Below are positions 29,361-39,008 of a DNA stretch of 64,000 nt, piece after piece. The stretch is from positions 640,001 to 704,000 of the forward strand of contig JBPOGI010000001.1 of assembly GCA_051251855.1 (NCBI GenBank), given 5' to 3'. Origin of the DNA: Roseibacillus sp. GTDB lineage: Bacteria > Verrucomicrobiota > Verrucomicrobiia > Verrucomicrobiales > Akkermansiaceae. The translations under genes and the position numbers were made by a program. The notes under the pieces are model-generated. The model was not told the DNA's origin and did no database searches. It saw only the letters and a program-made list of their open reading frames with translations. The number at the start of each line of letters is the position of its first letter. The first letter of the stretch is position 1.

Positions 29361-32117
29361 CTATTTACGGCGCTTGGCGCGGTCGAAGCGGGAGGTGCGT
29401 TGGGTGGGGGCTCCGGTGGTGGGTGGGCCGCTTCCTGAAGGAGGGAGGTTTGATTCGGGAGGAGGAGATTGGGCTGAAGAAGGGGTGTCGTTGGCTGGAG
29501 TTTGGGTGGGGACGAGCGTTTTGACCGCATTCTTTTTATTAGAGGCTTTGCCTTGTGGAAAAGCGGGAAGGACGAAGCTGGGGAGGGTCCAGCCCATACG
29601 GGAAACGAGGGCGTCTAACAGGATGAGAAGAAGGGCGGTGATGACGAGGGGGAGGCGGAGGTCGCTGGAGTAGTTGGCGGGAGGGCGGAGCCAGGCTTTG
29701 GAGAGGTCGATAAGTTCGCGGCCTCCCGTTGCTGCTGAGGCGGCGCGGAGTTCGGCGAGGCGCTCGGGTTCGAAGGTCCACTCGGTGGAGGAGCCGACGG
29801 CAATGGGGCCGAATGGGAGCGCGTTGCGGCCAGCTTGGATGGAGCCGCGGATGACGGAGCCTTCTTCGAGTTCGCGAGTGAGGGTGAAGTGGCCGGGGGC
29901 GAGGCGCTTCCAGGTGACTTCGTAGGGTTCGCCGCCGGCGGTGCCGTCGAGCATCTTGATGGTGGGCGGGTTTTGGGAGAAGGGTGCGGTCCATTCTTCC
30001 AAGTCGTAGAGGAGGTCGAGAGTGAGAGTGGTCCCTTCGAGGCGATGGCGCATGCCGAGTCCGGGAGGGATGGCGTCGCCAGCGATCCAGTTACCGACGG
30101 ATTGGAGGAAGTTGCCGTAGCCCTCCCAGTTGCGAGTGCGCTGGGAGAATTCGCCGCCGAGAGGGAAGGAGATGGCAAGAGTGCGGCCAAGTCCGCGACG
30201 AGCGTGTGCCACGAGGGGAGCGAGGTATTCGTCTTGGGCGACGAGTGAGGTGGTGGCATCGGGGCGCGCGTAGGAGAGATTGTAGCCGTCTACGGCGGGG
30301 AGCCAGTCGAGTTGGCGCTGGAAGATTTCAGCACCGCGTCCGGTGGGTTGGGTTTTGATGGGGTCGGTGAGAAAAGCGGAGCGAGCGATGGTGACGGTTT
30401 CTTGAGCGAAGAGCTTGGGGATGGAGAGAGGGCGGTCGGTGAAGAACATGCGTCCGTTGCCAAGTTTGGCGATGTCTTCTAACAGGGCTGCGTCGGAGTC
30501 GGTTTTGGTGCCAAGGCCAATGACGGAGACGGTGGCGTCGGCGGCTTCCATTTCCTTGAGGAGTTTTTTGTAGGCTCCGGGTTCTTCGGTGTCGGCAGCG
30601 TCGGAAAAGAGGATGACGTGTTTGGTGCCGACCTTTGATTTTTTGAGTTGGTCCCAAGCAGCCTTGAGCCCGCGGTAGACGAAGATGCCGCCACCTTGCG
30701 ATTGCATGCGCATGGCTTTGTTAGTGAGCTCCTTTTTCTTGTTCCCTATTTTGGTGAGTTTGACGATGTCGTGAGGCTCGGAGTCGACGGCGAGGATGGC
30801 GACTTCGTCCATGGCGCCGAGCAGTTTGATGGCTTCGGCAGTGCCGTTGTTGGCGAGCTGCATCTTGGTTACGGGCTTGCCGCCGTTGTTGACGGTCATG
30901 CCCATGGAGCCAGAACGGTCGATGACGATGGCAAGGGCAACAGAGAGTTTGCGGTGCTCGTTTTTGAGCTCCATGGAAATGGGGAGGAGTTCGTCAACGG
31001 CTGATTGATAGTAGCCACCGGAACCGAAAGACTGTTTGCCGCCAGCCATAAGGAAGCCGCCGCCTTGCTCCTTGACGTAAAAGGGAAGAGCGTCGAGGAA
31101 GTCGCCGGGGATTTCAAAGGCGGGGACGTTGTTGAAGATAACGGCTTTGGCTCCAGCGAGTTGTCCGACACGCAGTTTGGTGGAGTCGCGAACGACTTCG
31201 AGAGTGTAGCTCTGGTTGGCGAGGACTTTCTCGAGAGGGTCGGGATTGTATTTGGTTACGAGGAGGACCCGTGGGCCGCCGGTTATTTGAATCCAGCGTT
31301 CGGTGACGTTATTGCCGGGATGGGCGTCTTCGATAGAGGGCTCAGCGGCGGAGGGGACGATTTCAGCGCGGTATTGGTAGGAGCCAGTCTTGGCGAGGCG
31401 GTCGGTGAACTCGGTTTTGGCAACGCCATTGATGAGAGTGACGTTGGTTTCGCTCAGGAGAGAGTCGTTGCGGTAGATTTTGAGAGGAACGGCTTTGTCT
31501 TCTGCGCCACGGACGGTGATGCCGATGACAAAAGGTTCGCCGGTTTGCGCACGGGGTGGGGTGGTGAAGCGGGTGATGGAGTAGTCGTCGGCGGTCTCGT
31601 CGCGGACGAGGCGGAAGTCGAGGGGGATGCCTTGGGCCTTGAGTTTTGCGGTGGCGGAGGAGAGGGATTCGGTAGCGAAGCCGTCGGAGAAGACCAGGAC
31701 GCGAGAGGGGCGGTCTTTTTCGGAGAGGGCGAGGGCGTTTTGGATAGCGAGTCCAGTGCGAGTGAGTTTGCGGGAGCCGGTGTAAAGGGCGCGGTCGTTC
31801 TGCTCTTGCTCGATGACTTCGGAGGCGTAGTCGAGATAGCGGAGGCGGTCTTTGCGAGTGGGTTTGGAGTTTTCGAGGAGTTCTTTCCATTCGGGCAAGC
31901 CTTTGTCGACGAGATCTTCGGTGGAGTCTGAGCGATCGAGGAGGACCCAAAGGTCGAGGGCTTTTTGCTGTTTGGAGATGCGGGGATCGGCGAGGAGGAT
32001 GGTGAGAACCGCGAGAATGAGAAGGCGGAGCGGTTGGAAAAGGTGGAGACGCTTCCAGACGAATCCGAGCACAAGGAGTGCAGGGAAAAGGATGAGAAAT
32101 TCTGGGCGTTCGAACAT
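29361..32117 (-). CDS. Membrane VWA-domain protein with a glutamine-amidotransferase-like (DUF1355-type) domain
   Basis: Two MIDAS-like motifs (LLDRSDS..FSDG; VIDRSGSM..FSD); GGGFLMAGG..SFG.GGY..LLP motif; N- and C-terminal TM. Confidence 0.85.
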   Translation of the reverse strand: MFERPEFLILFPALLVLGFVWKRLHLFQPLRLLILAVLTILLADPRISKQQKALDLWVLLDRSDSTEDLVDKGLPEWKELLENSKPTRKDRLRYLDYASEVIEQEQNDRALYTGSRKLTRTGLAIQNALALSEKDRPSRVLVFSDGFATESLSSATAKLKAQGIPLDFRLVRDETADDYSITRFTTPPRAQTGEPFVIGITVRGAEDKAVPLKIYRNDSLLSETNVTLINGVAKTEFTDRLAKTGSYQYRAEIVPSAAEPSIEDAHPGNNVTERWIQITGGPRVLLVTKYNPDPLEKVLANQSYTLEVVRDSTKLRVGQLAGAKAVIFNNVPAFEIPGDFLDALPFYVKEQGGGFLMAGGKQSFGSGGYYQSAVDELLPISMELKNEHRKLSVALAIVIDRSGSMGMTVNNGGKPVTKMQLANNGTAEAIKLLGAMDEVAILAVDSEPHDIVKLTKIGNKKKELTNKAMRMQSQGGGIFVYRGLKAAWDQLKKSKVGTKHVILFSDAADTEEPGAYKKLLKEMEAADATVSVIGLGTKTDSDAALLEDIAKLGNGRMFFTDRPLSIPKLFAQETVTIARSAFLTDPIKTQPTGRGAEIFQRQLDWLPAVDGYNLSYARPDATTSLVAQDEYLAPLVAHARRGLGRTLAISFPLGGEFSQRTRNWEGYGNFLQSVGNWIAGDAIPPGLGMRHRLEGTTLTLDLLYDLEEWTAPFSQNPPTIKMLDGTAGGEPYEVTWKRLAPGHFTLTRELEEGSVIRGSIQAGRNALPFGPIAVGSSTEWTFEPERLAELRAASAATGGRELIDLSKAWLRPPANYSSDLRLPLVITALLLILLDALVSRMGWTLPSFVLPAFPQGKASNKKNAVKTLVPTQTPANDTPSSAQSPPPESNLPPSGSGPPTTGAPTQRTSRFDRAKRRK

Positions 32118-32157
32118 CTGATGGGGTTATTCGTTATCAGTTATTTGTGATTGGGGG

Positions 32158-32604
32158 TTATAGAATGGTGGTGATTTCGGTTTTGACGGAGTTGGCGAGG
32201 AAGCACTCTTCGTGAGCCTTGTGGTGGAGTTCGGCGAGCTTTTCGGGAGAAACTTCGATGCCGTCGGCGAAGGTGGTTTTTGGGTGGAGTTCGATGCGAG
32301 CAAGGATGGGTTTGCCGCTTTCGCCTTTTTCTAGGAATCCGACCGCTTCGTCGGTGTAGGAGTCGAGGGTGAGCTTTTGGAGGGAGCAGAATGCGAGGAA
32401 AGTGAGCATGTGGCAGCTAGAGAGAGAGGCGACGTAGGCTTGCTCGGGGTCGGGTAGGTCGGGGTTGCCGAGGTATTCGGCGGCAGCGGTGCAGGGGATA
32501 GTCTGGCCGTTGCCGAAGTCGAGTTGATGGTCGCGGGGGTAGTCTTTGTAGGCGAAGGAAGCGTCGTTGCGGGACCAAGTGAGGTGGGTGGTGTGTTGTG
32601 ACAT
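32158..32604 (-). CDS. OsmC/Ohr family protein
   Basis: DPEQ..ASLSSCHMLTF and AHEECFLANSV with two conserved Cys. Confidence 0.92.
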   Translation of the reverse strand: MSQHTTHLTWSRNDASFAYKDYPRDHQLDFGNGQTIPCTAAAEYLGNPDLPDPEQAYVASLSSCHMLTFLAFCSLQKLTLDSYTDEAVGFLEKGESGKPILARIELHPKTTFADGIEVSPEKLAELHHKAHEECFLANSVKTEITTIL

Positions 32605-32712
32605 GGGGGGAGTGTGACGAGTAGAGAAAGCGAAAAAAGCAAATTCGACAGCTCGGGCGCCTGGAGGTTTGAGCTTTCTTCAGCGCACTAGGATGTCTAC
32701 TTTCGATAGACT

Positions 32713-33681
32713 ATGAAGGAAGGTGGAGAGGCTTATAGTCCCTTGGGAGGGCGCATTTTTTTCATTCTCGTTGCCGCGATATTTGCCGGGGTTTGCTATT
32801 CGCTCGTTATCGCGCTTCTATTGCCTGCGGAATATGTCAGCTCCGGTGAATTTCAGTTCATTGAGGCGGGTAATTCGAAATCAACTGTGGAAGTGCCGTT
32901 AGAAGGGACAAAACTTTCGGTTCTTACATCCAAGGAGAATTTGCATGAAGTTGGGAGGGAGTTAGACTTGCCAGTGAAATGGGGGCGGACTCGGGAATCG
33001 GTGTTGGCGGCATTGTATGCCATGGTCGAGGTCGAGGCGGTTGAAGGAACCGATCTCGGAAAGGTCTCGGTGACTCATATTGATCGAGAGACTGCTCAAA
33101 TGGTCGCGATTGCCGTTCCTACGGCCTATGTGGAACGAAAAAGGAGACTTCGGGAGGGGAAATTGAATGATGAGATTTCATACTTGGTAGCTCACGCTCG
33201 GAACCGCGAAGCTGAAGTGCATGAAAGTCTCGGCCAGTTGCGCTCTGAGGCTAAGGCGCTTGGGTTCTCATCGAAGAAAATCGAAGAGATGATGGAGACT
33301 GGTATGTTTGTCCCCTCCGCTTTGATTGGCGAAGGTGAGGAGTTGGGAGCCGACGGGGAGGTCGCTCGATTTCAAGAATTGAAGACGGAGTATGAAGCGT
33401 GTTCGGAGCGACTCGCCGTGAATCGCGCTCTCATCGAGGAGAAAGAGCGCGAGTTGGCTGAAATCCCAATACAACTGGTTTTTCATTTAGTTCCTCATCT
33501 GCCTGCTGGTCCCCAAGGCCGGTTTGAGCTTAAGCCAATCTTGATTGGGGGAGCTTGGGGTCTTGGCTGGGGTGTGTTGGGGTCGGTAATTTTCTTCGTA
33601 ATCTCTCGTGATGTGAGAGTGGGGCCGGACAGACAGCGAGATGGGGCTGTCGACCTTCAGCTGAATTCTGATGTTTGGTAG
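32713..33681 (+). CDS. Second Wzz/GumC-like protein (divergent paralog of 8953..9855)
   Basis: TM-LPAEYVS, 'ELDLPVKW', 'GTDL', coiled coil, C-terminal Gly-rich TM. Confidence 0.65.
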   Translation: MKEGGEAYSPLGGRIFFILVAAIFAGVCYSLVIALLLPAEYVSSGEFQFIEAGNSKSTVEVPLEGTKLSVLTSKENLHEVGRELDLPVKWGRTRESVLAALYAMVEVEAVEGTDLGKVSVTHIDRETAQMVAIAVPTAYVERKRRLREGKLNDEISYLVAHARNREAEVHESLGQLRSEAKALGFSSKKIEEMMETGMFVPSALIGEGEELGADGEVARFQELKTEYEACSERLAVNRALIEEKERELAEIPIQLVFHLVPHLPAGPQGRFELKPILIGGAWGLGWGVLGSVIFFVISRDVRVGPDRQRDGAVDLQLNSDVW

Positions 33682-33703
33682 GGAAAAAATGACGTCCCTT
33701 CGG

Positions 33704-33731
33704 TTGACAGTCGGGCCGAGCTTTCTATCTT
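33704..33731 (+). promoter_or_regulatory. Candidate sigma70-type promoter of htpG
   Basis: TTGACA-N16-TATCTT, 27 bp upstream of the ATG. Confidence 0.5.
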
Positions 33732-33758
33732 TCGCCCTTTTACGAAAGACCACTGATT

Positions 33759-35597
33759 ATGAGCGACGTTCAACAACATGAGTTTCAGGCCGAGGTGCGG
33801 CAGCTATTGGATATTGTCATCCATTCCCTTTACACCGACCGGGAGATTTTTGTGCGAGAGCTGATTTCCAATGCTTCCGATGCGCTGGAGAAGATGCGGT
33901 TGCAGCAGCTGAAAGGGGATTCCATCTTTGAGGGTGAGCTTCCTTTGGAGATTACCATCTCGACGGATGAGGAGGCGAAGACGCTGACGATTTCGGACTA
34001 CGGAATTGGGATGACTCGTGAGGAGTTGGTCGAGAATATCGGCACTATCGCGAGCTCGGGGACGAAGAAGTTCTTAGACGCGCTGAAGGAGAATGGGGAC
34101 AAGGCGGATGTCATTGGTCAGTTCGGGGTTGGTTTTTATAGCGCCTTCATGGTGGCTGATAAGGTGGAGGTCTTTACCCATTCTTGGCTGGAAGATGGCG
34201 AGCATTTGCGGTGGGAAAGTGACGGTGCGACGGGATACTCGATTGAAGAGAGCCCGGACCAGAAGCGGGGAGCGAAGGTGGTGATTCACCTCAAGGAGGA
34301 GTTTGAGGAGTTTGCGAAGCCGGATACGGTGAAGGGAATTATCGAGCGTTATTCGAACTTCGTGGGTTTCCCTGTGAAGCTGAATGATGAGGTGGTGAAT
34401 ACGGTGGATGCCATTTGGTTGAAGTCGAAGAGCGAGGTGAGCGAAGAGGACTACAAGGAGTTCTACAAATTCGTTGCCAAGGACTATCAGGACCCTCGCT
34501 ACACCTTCCACTTTTCGGCGGATGCACCGTTGATGATCAATTCGATTCTCTTTGTCCCAGACGATAATATGGAGCGGATGGGAATGGGGCAGACGCCTCC
34601 GGGAGTGAGTCTTTATTGCAAGAAGGTGCTCATCGATGCCGCGCCTGAGAACTTGTTGCCTGAGTGGCTGCGGTTCTTGAAAGGGGTGATTGATTCAGAG
34701 GATTTGCCGCTGAATATTTCGCGGGAGTCGATGCAGGACAGCGCCTTGGTGCGCAAGTTGGGTGAGGTGATGACGAAGCGTTTTCTCAAGTTTCTTGAGA
34801 AGGAAGCGAAGTCGGATCCGGAGAAGTATCAGGAGTTTTACACGCGCTATGCTCGTTTCTTGAAAGAGGGAGTGGTGCAGAGTTACGAGCACCAGCAGAC
34901 GATTGCTGGCTTGTTGCGGTTTGAGAGTTCGATGACGGAGACTGGGAAGCAGACTTGTTTTCAGGAGTATGTCGATCGCATGAAGGAGGGGCAGGAGGAG
35001 ATTTACTTCTTGGTTGCTCCGAATCGGGAGGCGATTGAGACGGGGCCTTATTTGGAGGCGTTCAAGAAGCGTGGGTTGGAAGTCTGCTTCTTAACGGAGT
35101 CGGTTGATGAATATGTCTTGGAGACGCTGGGCAAGTGGGGTGAGAAGAAGATTGTTTCGGCGGACCGCGCTGAAATTGATTTGGAGGATGTCGCTGATGA
35201 CGAAGGAGAGTCCCTTGATGAGGAGGCGACCAAAGGACTCGTTGATTGGATGACCGCGACTCTCGGCGATAAGGTTGAGAAGGTGGCCGCTGGTAAGCGT
35301 TTGGTGAGTCACGCCATGGTTGCTCTGACACCAAAGGATGCGCCTAATGCGCAAATGCGGGCGATGCTGAAATCGATGGGCAGCGATGCGCCGGAGATGA
35401 AGGCGAGTATCGAAGTGAATGCGAAGCACAGTTTGATTAAGAAGCTGGCTTCCTTCCGTGAGGCTAAGCCTGAGTTGGCTGAAAAAGTCGCGAAGCAGTT
35501 GGCTGATAATGCTCTTTTGGCGGCTGGATTGGTCGATAACCCAGGCAAAGTAGTGAGCGGGATGGGTGAGGTGATGGAAGAGCTGATGGAAGGGTAG
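33759..35597 (+). CDS. htpG: Hsp90 chaperone HtpG
   Basis: FQAEV, RELISNASDA, GQFGVGFYSAF, DSEDLPLNISRE. Confidence 0.98.
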   Translation: MSDVQQHEFQAEVRQLLDIVIHSLYTDREIFVRELISNASDALEKMRLQQLKGDSIFEGELPLEITISTDEEAKTLTISDYGIGMTREELVENIGTIASSGTKKFLDALKENGDKADVIGQFGVGFYSAFMVADKVEVFTHSWLEDGEHLRWESDGATGYSIEESPDQKRGAKVVIHLKEEFEEFAKPDTVKGIIERYSNFVGFPVKLNDEVVNTVDAIWLKSKSEVSEEDYKEFYKFVAKDYQDPRYTFHFSADAPLMINSILFVPDDNMERMGMGQTPPGVSLYCKKVLIDAAPENLLPEWLRFLKGVIDSEDLPLNISRESMQDSALVRKLGEVMTKRFLKFLEKEAKSDPEKYQEFYTRYARFLKEGVVQSYEHQQTIAGLLRFESSMTETGKQTCFQEYVDRMKEGQEEIYFLVAPNREAIETGPYLEAFKKRGLEVCFLTESVDEYVLETLGKWGEKKIVSADRAEIDLEDVADDEGESLDEEATKGLVDWMTATLGDKVEKVAAGKRLVSHAMVALTPKDAPNAQMRAMLKSMGSDAPEMKASIEVNAKHSLIKKLASFREAKPELAEKVAKQLADNALLAAGLVDNPGKVVSGMGEVMEELMEG

Positions 35598-35641
35598 TTC
35601 CTGTGCAGCGCAGCTCGGTGGGCTGAGTGAGTTGAGAGGGG

Positions 35642-35678
35642 GTGGAGCGAGTGAGGGCACTCGCGGTCCACGCGCTAC
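35642..35678 (-). repeat. REP-like hairpin between convergent genes (possible terminator role)
   Basis: GTGGA-GCGAGTG-AGGG-CACTCGC-GG-TCCAC; a minus-strand GTAG overlaps the TAG stop at 35675. Confidence 0.55.
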
Positions 35679-36286
35679 TTTGGAAGAACCTGCGATGGAA
35701 TCGAGGTGGCGTCGAAGTGTTGGCGTTTGTTTTTCTTGAACCACTTGATGGCGACGGGGACCATGAAGGCGATGATAATCAGTTTGGCGATGGCAACCGG
35801 TGGAGCGCTGAATGCGAAAAAGACGAGAAGGGCGAGTAGTCCTCCAAAGACGATGAGCAACATGAAGAGGTAGCTCCACCAGAGTGTATTCGAGCAACCG
35901 GTAACCTGCTGGCAGGAAGGAGCATGATAGCCTACTTCGCGAACCAGATGGTGGATGAAAGTTCGGTATTTTTCTGATTGGTCACGGAAATCGGCGAGGC
36001 CTTGATAGAACTCGTTGCCGATCTTAATGGTTCGACCTGTTTTGGTCTTGAGCAAGCATTCGTAGCGATGGGGCTGCATGCGGGTGGGTTGAAAGCGGAG
36101 GCGGAGTTCAACAAAGTCGAAAAGGGGGAAGGTCTGCTTTTGTCTGCCTTCCTCTTCGATGATGGAAAATTGGCCGGCCCGGATACGGTAAGTGCGTTCT
36201 TTCTCTAAGGCGCTCAGGCGGGCATGGTAAATGAGCCCCTTGGGAAGATCAGGTGGTCCAGCTTCAATCGGCATCTCCCATTCCAT
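35675..36286 (-). CDS. Hypothetical membrane protein (two C-terminal TM)
   Basis: 203-aa ORF with a soluble N-domain and a TM hairpin. Confidence 0.7.
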   Translation of the reverse strand: MEWEMPIEAGPPDLPKGLIYHARLSALEKERTYRIRAGQFSIIEEEGRQKQTFPLFDFVELRLRFQPTRMQPHRYECLLKTKTGRTIKIGNEFYQGLADFRDQSEKYRTFIHHLVREVGYHAPSCQQVTGCSNTLWWSYLFMLLIVFGGLLALLVFFAFSAPPVAIAKLIIIAFMVPVAIKWFKKNKRQHFDATSIPSQVLPK

Positions 36287-36347
36287 AGCGCTAGTTTGGC
36301 GAAAGGGAGCAGAAAGGGGAAGGAAATTGGTGCTCGTCGTTGGCTCG

Positions 36348-37151
36348 TCAGTCCTTCTCCTTGAAGAGTGGGAAGGTGGCTTTTGGATTGAGCTTGGTAG
36401 GAGGTGAGAGCTTGATGCGCGCGTCTTCGGCGAGGGTGAAGGGCTTGTCTAAGAGCGGGATAGTGGTGAGGCGACTGACGGGCTCGTCGGCGGTGCCGCC
36501 ACGTGCGATGTGGATAATGATGAGACCGTTACGAGCGCGATCGATTTCGAAAGTGTTGTCGGCGGTGATTTCGGTGTTGGCTGGGATCTTGGTTCCTGCG
36601 GCAGTGGGGAGAATGATTTCAAGTTCGACGGGAAAGGGGAGTAGTTCGGGGTTCGTGGAGTTCTCTTGTTCGGTCGGAATGGCAAGAGCTTGTGCGAGAA
36701 CTGCGAAGCCTTGAGTAACAAAGTCGTTGTCGTTGAGTTCACGAACGGAAAGAATACGCCATGTACCTCGAACATAGTTCAAGTTCATGGGCTTCTTGAA
36801 GTTGGTGATGTAGTTGCGCTTGAGTTGGAGGTTGAGAGTTTGGAGGGTGGTTGGGTCGAGGAGCTTGGGCAGGGCTCCGCTGCTGGTTTGACGCTGATAA
36901 ATCATTCCGTAAAGTTGCTCGGGGAGGAGAGTGGTCGCCTTGGGTAGGTTGCTTCCTTCCAGAAAGGTGATCTCAGGAATTCGCCCGAGTTTTTGAAGGA
37001 GCGAGTAGTTCCAAGGCTTTTCAGGGAAATTGAAGATGAAGTAGCATCCAACCCAAGAAAGAACGGCGAACGCGAGCGCGAGGGCATTGATCAGTGTCCA
37101 CCAAAAGAAATTGGGGCGTCGTTTGACGGGGCTATCAGATTGATGGGACAC
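36348..37151 (-). CDS. Hypothetical membrane-anchored protein
   Basis: N-terminal TM (FFWWTLINALAL...); co-oriented downstream of photolyase. Confidence 0.7.
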   Translation of the reverse strand: MSHQSDSPVKRRPNFFWWTLINALALAFAVLSWVGCYFIFNFPEKPWNYSLLQKLGRIPEITFLEGSNLPKATTLLPEQLYGMIYQRQTSSGALPKLLDPTTLQTLNLQLKRNYITNFKKPMNLNYVRGTWRILSVRELNDNDFVTQGFAVLAQALAIPTEQENSTNPELLPFPVELEIILPTAAGTKIPANTEITADNTFEIDRARNGLIIIHIARGGTADEPVSRLTTIPLLDKPFTLAEDARIKLSPPTKLNPKATFPLFKEKD

Positions 37152-37219
37152 GACGGAAAGCTAGCGAGTGCGACGCGCTGGGGAAATGAGGGAGTCTGTC
37201 GGTTTTTTACTGAGGTGCT

Positions 37220-38653
37220 TCAGGCTTTGCCGCGGACTTGGTCGAGATGCTTCTTGAAAATGGCGAGGGTCCGGTTGCGCTCGGTGGAGTGATCAAGAAT
37301 GGGCTGGGGATAGCTTTTTCCGTGGCCACTGGTGAGGTCGGGAGCTTCGTGAAGGGCCTTGGGCGCGACGTTTTCGAGCTCGGGAATCCATTTTTTGATG
37401 TAGTCACCTTGGGCATCGAAGCGCTTGGACTGAGTCCAAGGGTTCTGGATGCGAAAGTAGGGTGCGGCGTCTGCGCCTGTGCCAGCAGACCACTGCCAGC
37501 CACCGTTGTTGGAGGCGATTTCACCATCAAGGAGGTGTTGCGCGAAGTGTTGCTCGCCGAGCCGCCAGTCAAGATGCAGGTCTTTGGTGAGAAACATGGC
37601 AACGATCATGCGGACGCGATTGTGCATGAATCCAGTGGTCTTGAGCTCGCGCATGCCGGCGTCGACGATAGGGAAGCCAGTCTGGCCTTCTTTCCAAGCT
37701 TGTAGTTTTTCGTCGGGCTCGTCCCAAGGGAGGCCTCGGTAGTCGGCTTTGAACTCGTGCTCTAACACCTCGGGGCAGGCCTGGAAGAGGTGGAGGTAGA
37801 AGTCGCGCCAGGCGAGTTCTTTGATGAAGGTGTGGTAGCTCTCGCGAACGCTGGGGTCGCGGGTATTTTCAAGAGCCTTGTTGGCTTCGGCGAAGGCTGT
37901 TCTGATAGAGAGGGTTCCCCAGCGGAGGTCTTGGGAGAGGCGGGAAGTGGCTGGGACGGAGGGGTGGTCGCGGTTTTGAGCGTAGGTCGGGAGCCGGTTT
38001 TTGATAGCTTCCTTGAGACGCTTGCGGGCGGCGGCTTCACTCCCTGGCAGGAGGTCGAGAGTTGAGGGGAGATTGAGCTGCCAGGTGTCGAGAGAGGGTA
38101 AGGGGGCAGAGTCGAACTCGGAGGGGGTGCTGAGTGACTTGGGTTTGAGTTTAGGGGCGCGTTTTTCGAGTTTAAGCCACCGTTTGCTATAGGGGGTGTA
38201 TACCCGATAGGCCGTTCCATCGTCCTTGGTGGTTTGATCAAAGGTATGCAGGGCCACATCATCGTGACCGATGCATTCCACACCCTCTCGCGAGCAGAGT
38301 TCCGTGAGACGTTGTTCGTCCTTCTTGCCGAAAGGATCGGGGTCTCGATTGTAGTGCACGGCAGAAATTTTGCCGTGAGCAAGCATCTTGGCGATTACTC
38401 GAACGGGGTCACCCTGTTGGATGATGAGTTTGCCGCCCAGTTCTTGAATGTTTTTCGAGAGAGACTCCAAGCACTCGCAGAGAAACTGTTGGCGACCGGG
38501 GCCCGTCCAGTGGTGCTCTTTTTTCCAGTCACTCAGGACATACAAAGGGACTACCTTGAGGCCTGAACGTGAGGCAGCTGACAACGAAGTGTTATCGGAG
38601 ACACGGAGATCACGACGAAACCAATGAATCACCGAGGGATTTGGAGTGGGCAT
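37220..38653 (-). CDS. phrB: Deoxyribodipyrimidine photolyase (cryptochrome/photolyase family)
   Basis: WFRRDLRVSDN, TSRLS, ELAWRDFY, GQTGFPIVDAGMREL..TGFMHNRVRM, NNGGWQW. Confidence 0.93.
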   Translation of the reverse strand: MPTPNPSVIHWFRRDLRVSDNTSLSAASRSGLKVVPLYVLSDWKKEHHWTGPGRQQFLCECLESLSKNIQELGGKLIIQQGDPVRVIAKMLAHGKISAVHYNRDPDPFGKKDEQRLTELCSREGVECIGHDDVALHTFDQTTKDDGTAYRVYTPYSKRWLKLEKRAPKLKPKSLSTPSEFDSAPLPSLDTWQLNLPSTLDLLPGSEAAARKRLKEAIKNRLPTYAQNRDHPSVPATSRLSQDLRWGTLSIRTAFAEANKALENTRDPSVRESYHTFIKELAWRDFYLHLFQACPEVLEHEFKADYRGLPWDEPDEKLQAWKEGQTGFPIVDAGMRELKTTGFMHNRVRMIVAMFLTKDLHLDWRLGEQHFAQHLLDGEIASNNGGWQWSAGTGADAAPYFRIQNPWTQSKRFDAQGDYIKKWIPELENVAPKALHEAPDLTSGHGKSYPQPILDHSTERNRTLAIFKKHLDQVRGKA

Positions 38654-38660
38654 TGCCCAA

Positions 38661-38921
38661 TCAACTCTCTTTCAGCAATTTTTCAGCCTTTTTAATGGTT
38701 GTTTGGCTCAATTTCCCATTCACCTTGCGCGATTTGTCGAGGAGCTCTTTGAGGGCTTCCAAACTCGCTTCGGCTCCTTTGAGAGACTTGCGGGGTCCTC
38801 CGTAACGCTTGTCGGAGTAATACTTTGTGAAGGTTTTTCCTCCTCGGCTAATACAGAGACGCCAGCCTTCAAAGGCGGCGGTCTCGTAGGTAAATCTAGT
38901 TAGGTTAGGCTTGGATTTCAT
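38661..38921 (-). CDS. Small basic AP2-like DNA-binding protein
   Basis: GWRLCISRGGKTFTKYYSDKRYGG..SL..A pattern resembles AP2 domains; 7-bp gap to the photolyase start. Confidence 0.6.
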   Translation of the reverse strand: MKSKPNLTRFTYETAAFEGWRLCISRGGKTFTKYYSDKRYGGPRKSLKGAEASLEALKELLDKSRKVNGKLSQTTIKKAEKLLKES

Positions 38922-38994
38922 GACAAAAGAGGGAGGTGTTCAGTAAGAGAGCCAGAAGGCTAGAGGAAGATTTACGAAGTGAAAAGCAGGAAGG

Positions 38995-39008
38995 TGACAA
39001 AGTTGTCA
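38995..39008. promoter_or_regulatory. Inverted repeat, candidate operator between divergent transcription units
   Basis: TGACAA-AG-TTGTCA. Confidence 0.4.
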
